From positions 22,988 through 86,987 of the forward strand of contig JAQGDQ010000861.1 in assembly GCA_030141605.1 (NCBI GenBank): a DNA stretch of 64,000 nt, in the 5' to 3' direction. The translations under genes were made by a program, and so were the position numbers. Every line of letters starts with the position of its first letter. Within the stretch, counting starts at the first letter, position 1. Below are positions 55,932 to 64,000 of this stretch, in pieces. Origin of the DNA: Tubiluchus corallicola. Taxonomy: Eukaryota; Animalia; Priapulida. The notes under the pieces were generated by a model. The model was given only the letters and a program-made list of their open reading frames with translations, searched no databases and was not told where the DNA came from.

Positions 55932-57213
55932 GCTTTTAAATGAAAACCGGACGATTGTTTAGACTCAATCGCATTTTAATTTACTGTCCAAAATATACAT
56001 TTTCTTGCCTATAAAAGCTAGCAATTGTTTCTTATATTTGAATAATTAGGTTGGAAAGTTGATTAACGGCAACTGAACACATCTATTGCTTACGTCAGAA
56101 ACAAACCATAGTTTGCACATTGGCAGGCATCGTCATTTGCGTGTCAAGCACGTTTGCGTAAGTGTTACTGCTTCAACGCGTGATGTCACAAAAATGGGCT
56201 CTACGTCGTATGACGTCAGAAACTAACACTGCAGTTCATGATCATGGTTGTCACCGTATCGCCTTCTTTTTGTCGGTCACGCGCACATGACAAAAAGGCG
56301 CCGCTGCCAATCTTAGTAGATTCACTGAGCCGCGCGTAGCTTTGAAAGTTTAACGAAATTTGAGTATCCGAGGTAATTATTATTTAATCTAAGTTTTAAT
56401 TTAAAAAAAGCTGTAGTAGTTTTCAATATTTTAGAGCATTCTTTATTCTGAACTCGTGCTTACACAATCATTCGGTCTTCCTTTAATTCAAGAATACGAG
56501 TAGTTCATTAGTTAATACTTAATTGAAATATACAAAACCCGTAGCACCCAGATACGATAACAGAAGCAATTATTCTCAATGTACGTCAACCCATAATCTC
56601 GTGCAGAAGTAAAAGTTGTTCAGTAAATAATGCTGAATGCAAACAATTTAGACAAAGAGCTTTTAAATAAAAACCGGACGATTGTTTAGACTCAATCGTA
56701 TTTTAATTCATTGTCAAAAATGTACATTTTCTTGCCTACAAAAGTTAGCAGTTGTTTCTTGTATTTGAATAATTAGCTTAGAAAGTTAATTAATGGCAGC
56801 CGAACACAGCTATCGCTTACATCACAAACTAACCACAGTTTGTGCAATGGTAGGCATCGTCATTTGCGCGTCAAGCATGTTTTAGGTGTTACAGTACTGC
56901 TTAAACGCATGATGTCATGAAAAATTATTTGCGTAACCATACATTGGCATAAGTCGCTGATGTCACGAAAAATGGGTTCTACGTCACACTGACGTCGCAC
57001 ACGAATGCTGCAGTTTATGACAATGCTAACACGGTGCCGCGCCTATTTGTTTACCAAGCGATTGTGACAAAAAGGCGCCATTGTGAACCTTAGTGAATTT
57101 GCTGAGCCTCGCGTAGCTTTGAAAATTTGATAAAATTTAATTGTCCGAGGTAATTATTATTTAATCTAGGTTTAGTTTAAAAAAGCTATTGTAGTTTTGA
57201 ATATTTTAGGGCA
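55932..57213. repeat. Diverged direct duplication (~500 bp; 55932-56438 and 56659-57213)
   Basis: Both copies begin GCTTTTAAAT.AAAACCGGACGATTGTTTAGACTCAATCG and end CCGAGGTAATTATTATTTAATCTA...AATATTTTAG.GCAT. Confidence 0.85.
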
Positions 57214-57525
57214 TACATAGTTTTAACAAATGTTTAGACGCTCATCCGGTTTTCCTGTAAACACGGTTCAGCACTGCTTTCAGATAAACAGACACTTTGC
57301 TTTTATTATCACCGTTTAACTGGTGCTTACTGTAGAAATGTTATGTAAACAAGTTGAGTGTCTACGAGTTTTCTCTTTTATTTTATTATCCAGTAACTTT
57401 GCATCTTTTTAAAATCATCTAAATCAATTTCATGTAAAAGGATTGAGAGTAACAGCAGCAAATAAAGCATTTGTAAATATTCCAAGTTCAATACTGCAAA
57501 ACGCTGTTGCACATGTAAAAACGTA

Positions 57526-58937
<1,412 letters not shown>

Positions 58938-59579
58938 AGAGTGCTCTCTAGTTTGAACACGCTCGTGAGTTACTTGCTAGTCTGAACGCAAAATCAAAAT
59001 CAAAGTCATGTTGGGTCACTAGACAAAACATTTTGTAGCTATAGAGTGAAAAACTGGCTAGTAGATTCGATTCGATTGGAATCTGAACGCGTCGAACGCG
59101 ATCTATGTCTGTTTCGAATCATTTTGATTGTCTGTCTAAAAGTTTAAAGTGCATAGGGCCACATTAGTGTCTCCGAGACACATTACGCTCAATATTGCAA
59201 TATTACATAATTATTACTAATATTCTTCTTGCTACATTACTGATATTTCGCTGCTAGCAAGTTTCCTGACTTTATTTTTGTGATAAAAAGTTTTAAATCA
59301 TCGCATTACCTTCACACTATCGGCCGGCTGAATCCTAAGTAATGAATTCGTTCCTAACGTGCGTATAGCTTGTGCACAACTATTCCTGAAATGATCCTGA
59401 AATTTACTCACTAGGAATATTTCAGTACAAAACGGTATCTGTTTAGTTAAATATTAGCTTAAAAACAAAATATCGGACTCGTGTTCAGGTGAGATTGCTA
59501 TCAAATTTCTTGGAAAATATTCTAAATTTTGTGGACCAGTTCTTCAGTTTTTGTGCGGATTTTTTTCAGTTTAAGCAAA

Positions 59580-60440
59580 ATTTATTATAGGATTGGATCA
59601 GACAGTTTGAACAACATGATTTAGGATCCTCACCACAACATTTACAATAATAATAGACTATAACTACACAAGCTGACAAGATTTACTACAAGATCACATT
59701 AGACATTAGTAACATTTACAGTAAGAATAGACTATAACTACACAAGCTGACAAGTTTTACTACAAGATTACATTAGACATTAGTAACATTTACGGTAAGA
59801 ATAGACTATAACTACACAACCTCACAAGTTTTACTACAAGATCACATTAGACATTAGTAACATTTACGGTAAGAATAGACTATAACTACACAAGCTGACA
59901 AGTTTTACTACAAGATTACATTAGACATTAGTAACATTTACAGTAAGAATAGACTATAACTACACAAGCTGACAAGTTTTACTACAAGATTACATTAGAC
60001 ATTAGTAACATTTACAGTAAGAATAGACTATAACTACACAAGCTGACAAGTTTTACTACAAGATTACATTAGACATTAGTAACATTTACAGTAAGAATAG
60101 ACTATAACTACACAAGCTGACAAGTTTTACTACAAGAATACCTTAGACATTAGTAAAAAATGACGGTTAGAAAATATTAATGCACCAATATTTAAGACTG
60201 ATGCATTTCATATTAGATAGAAACTACTGGGAGCGTTTAGTACGTAATATAAAGTCATGTATACATTGGAATATTTTACAGTTAGTAACATAGTTAAATT
60301 CATCTTTTCCGAATAATAACAACCACAACAGATCATTATTTCCTAAGGCAGCTATATTAAGGTTTTCGGGCAGAAGTATTGCATTTAATTTATCAAACAT
60401 AACAACCCTAGTTTGTTGATACAATGGGCAGTGCAACAAA
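59580..60440 (-). mobile_element. CR1-like LINE 3' fragment with ~7 copies of a 74-bp unit
   Basis: HCPLYQQTRVVMF...FILRTKRSQ* and tandem AGACATTAGTAACATTTACAGTAAGAATAG at 74-bp spacing. Confidence 0.82.
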
Positions 60441-60771
60441 AAGTAATTTACAGTGTAACTATAAATAGTTGATATATAATCATATAAAACAGATTTCGTG
60501 ATACATGAGATGCCTAATTCGAGTTTATGAGAAATACTGGTGGACATGTATAAGAACTGTCTGTATACTATACACAGCCATTATTGTCTTTGACGTGTGA
60601 GTAACGTAGGCTTCCTTATCTCATTACAATAGTTTTAAGTTCTTTGTATATTATAGCTTTCTCGCTAGCTCTCTTACGAGATGTAGAAAATCTTATTTTG
60701 AAAAATTAATTCGAAAAATAAAGCTGGAAATAATTGGAAAAGTGCAAGAGAGTGAACAGGAGGCGATGTGA

Positions 60772-62145
<1,374 letters not shown>

Positions 62146-62713
62146 ACGAGTACCTGTTTTTGTGCAACGAGTTTGCAAAATGCAGTTGCTAGTGCCCGTC
62201 TAACTAACGAATGTAAACATGAAATTGTGTTTGTGTGGTAATAAATCTTTCACGTAACTCATTTTTGAAAAAACAGTATGTTTGCTTTCAAGACTTTAAA
62301 AGAGTAGACCTACAGTTTAAGATTGGGTCTGGTTTTGCTTTAACAATATCAACATCATCAATATAATCATCAGATGACAGGTTTACGAATTAGCCTATAA
62401 TATCCACACTGAATTCAACGGAAGCCATACATTGGAAATTTTTGCATTTCGTCAAAATAGACAAATCATGAAAAAGGAAATGCAACCATTTAACATTGCA
62501 ATTTATTTTAACAAAATCACGTATTTGTTATTTAATTTATTGTACCTAGTCAGATCGACTATAAAAAGCGCTTAATTGTCTTCTGATGTGCTAATAAACC
62601 GCTTAGATATCCATAATCGTGTTTTGGTTTATGAAGGGTAATATTGGACTGTAGAGATGCTGATGATGATGATGATGATGATTAATCTTTCATGTTTATG
62701 TACGTGTTTACTA

Positions 62714-63420
<707 letters not shown>

Positions 63421-63928
63421 CTCTCTTGCATTTTTCCAATCGCTTTCAGCCGCGTGGGACGAAATATAAAATGGAAAATCTAGCGATGAATAATTGCTAA
63501 GGTTTGATCTGTATTTCAAAAAAAAACTTTTCAGTCTCCTAGACCGGATCGACTAATGCAGACAGATTTTAATAAAACTCATCCAAATAAGTTTGCATTT
63601 AAATAAAGAGTTAATTTATAACTTGCATTGGTTTGATAGATTCATAATTAAGAAGCATTCATTTCGGTAAAAGATTCAATAGTTTGATGCGTGGGGGTGT
63701 CGCCACTTTCTGATCTCTTCTAATCCCTTGTGTTCTGGAATGCATGTTTAATAATGTGCAGCATTTGTGCAAAGCTTTTAGCAAATATCAACGCTTCTCT
63801 TTGCATCAAAAATGTAGAGTGAATTTTCCGCTAATACATTCTGACTTCGCTGTCATTTCTCTCCACGATCCATCAGTTTTCTCATTTATAAAAAGTTTGG
63901 ATCGGATTCTGTTTTTATTCAATATTGC

Positions 63929-63932
<4 letters not shown>

Positions 63933-63973
<41 letters not shown>

Positions 63974-64000
63974 CGCTCTCACTCTCGTTCTCTCTCTCCT
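63933..64000. repeat. (CT)n microsatellite, runs off the window
   Basis: Direct reading. Confidence 0.95.

Overview
AT-rich, repeat-dense animal (invertebrate-type) nuclear DNA with spliceosomal GT-AG introns; no prokaryotic features. (1) 1-2545: two internal + strand exons of thiamine triphosphatase (THTPA, CYTH family). (2) 14735-43693: a thioester-containing protein gene (alpha-2-macroglobulin family, iTEP/CD109-like) that I reassembled by hand into 32 phase-compatible coding exons (~1487 aa). It has a signal peptide, FIQTDK..YKP, an RKKR furin site, a bait region, GCGEQ, the catalytic His in GRVIHKEMQ and an MG8/RBD, but no GPI or Cys-rich tail. (3) The most unusual structure is a tandem array of alternative bait-region exons at 29.8-34.0 kb. 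One is intact (29833-30049), two are clearly inactivated (33277-33522, 33755-33965) and one is a probable heavily decayed, MITE-interrupted remnant (~31386-32100). There is also a candidate 27-nt micro-exon. (4) Exon 29 carries a frameshift near a (TA)n run that would truncate the protein before MG8; this is either a real lesion or an assembly error. (5) 50272-50365 is probably the signal-peptide first exon of another secreted-protein gene. The rest is transposon debris: pogo/Tigger, hAT, Kolobok-like and Harbinger-like MITEs; five solo LTRs of one family, one flanked by a 38-bp duplication; an antisense LINE ORF1+endonuclease fragment; CR1-like 3' ends carrying a variable 74-bp minisatellite; and many micro- and minisatellites. 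All calls come from manual reading and motif recognition; no database searches were run.
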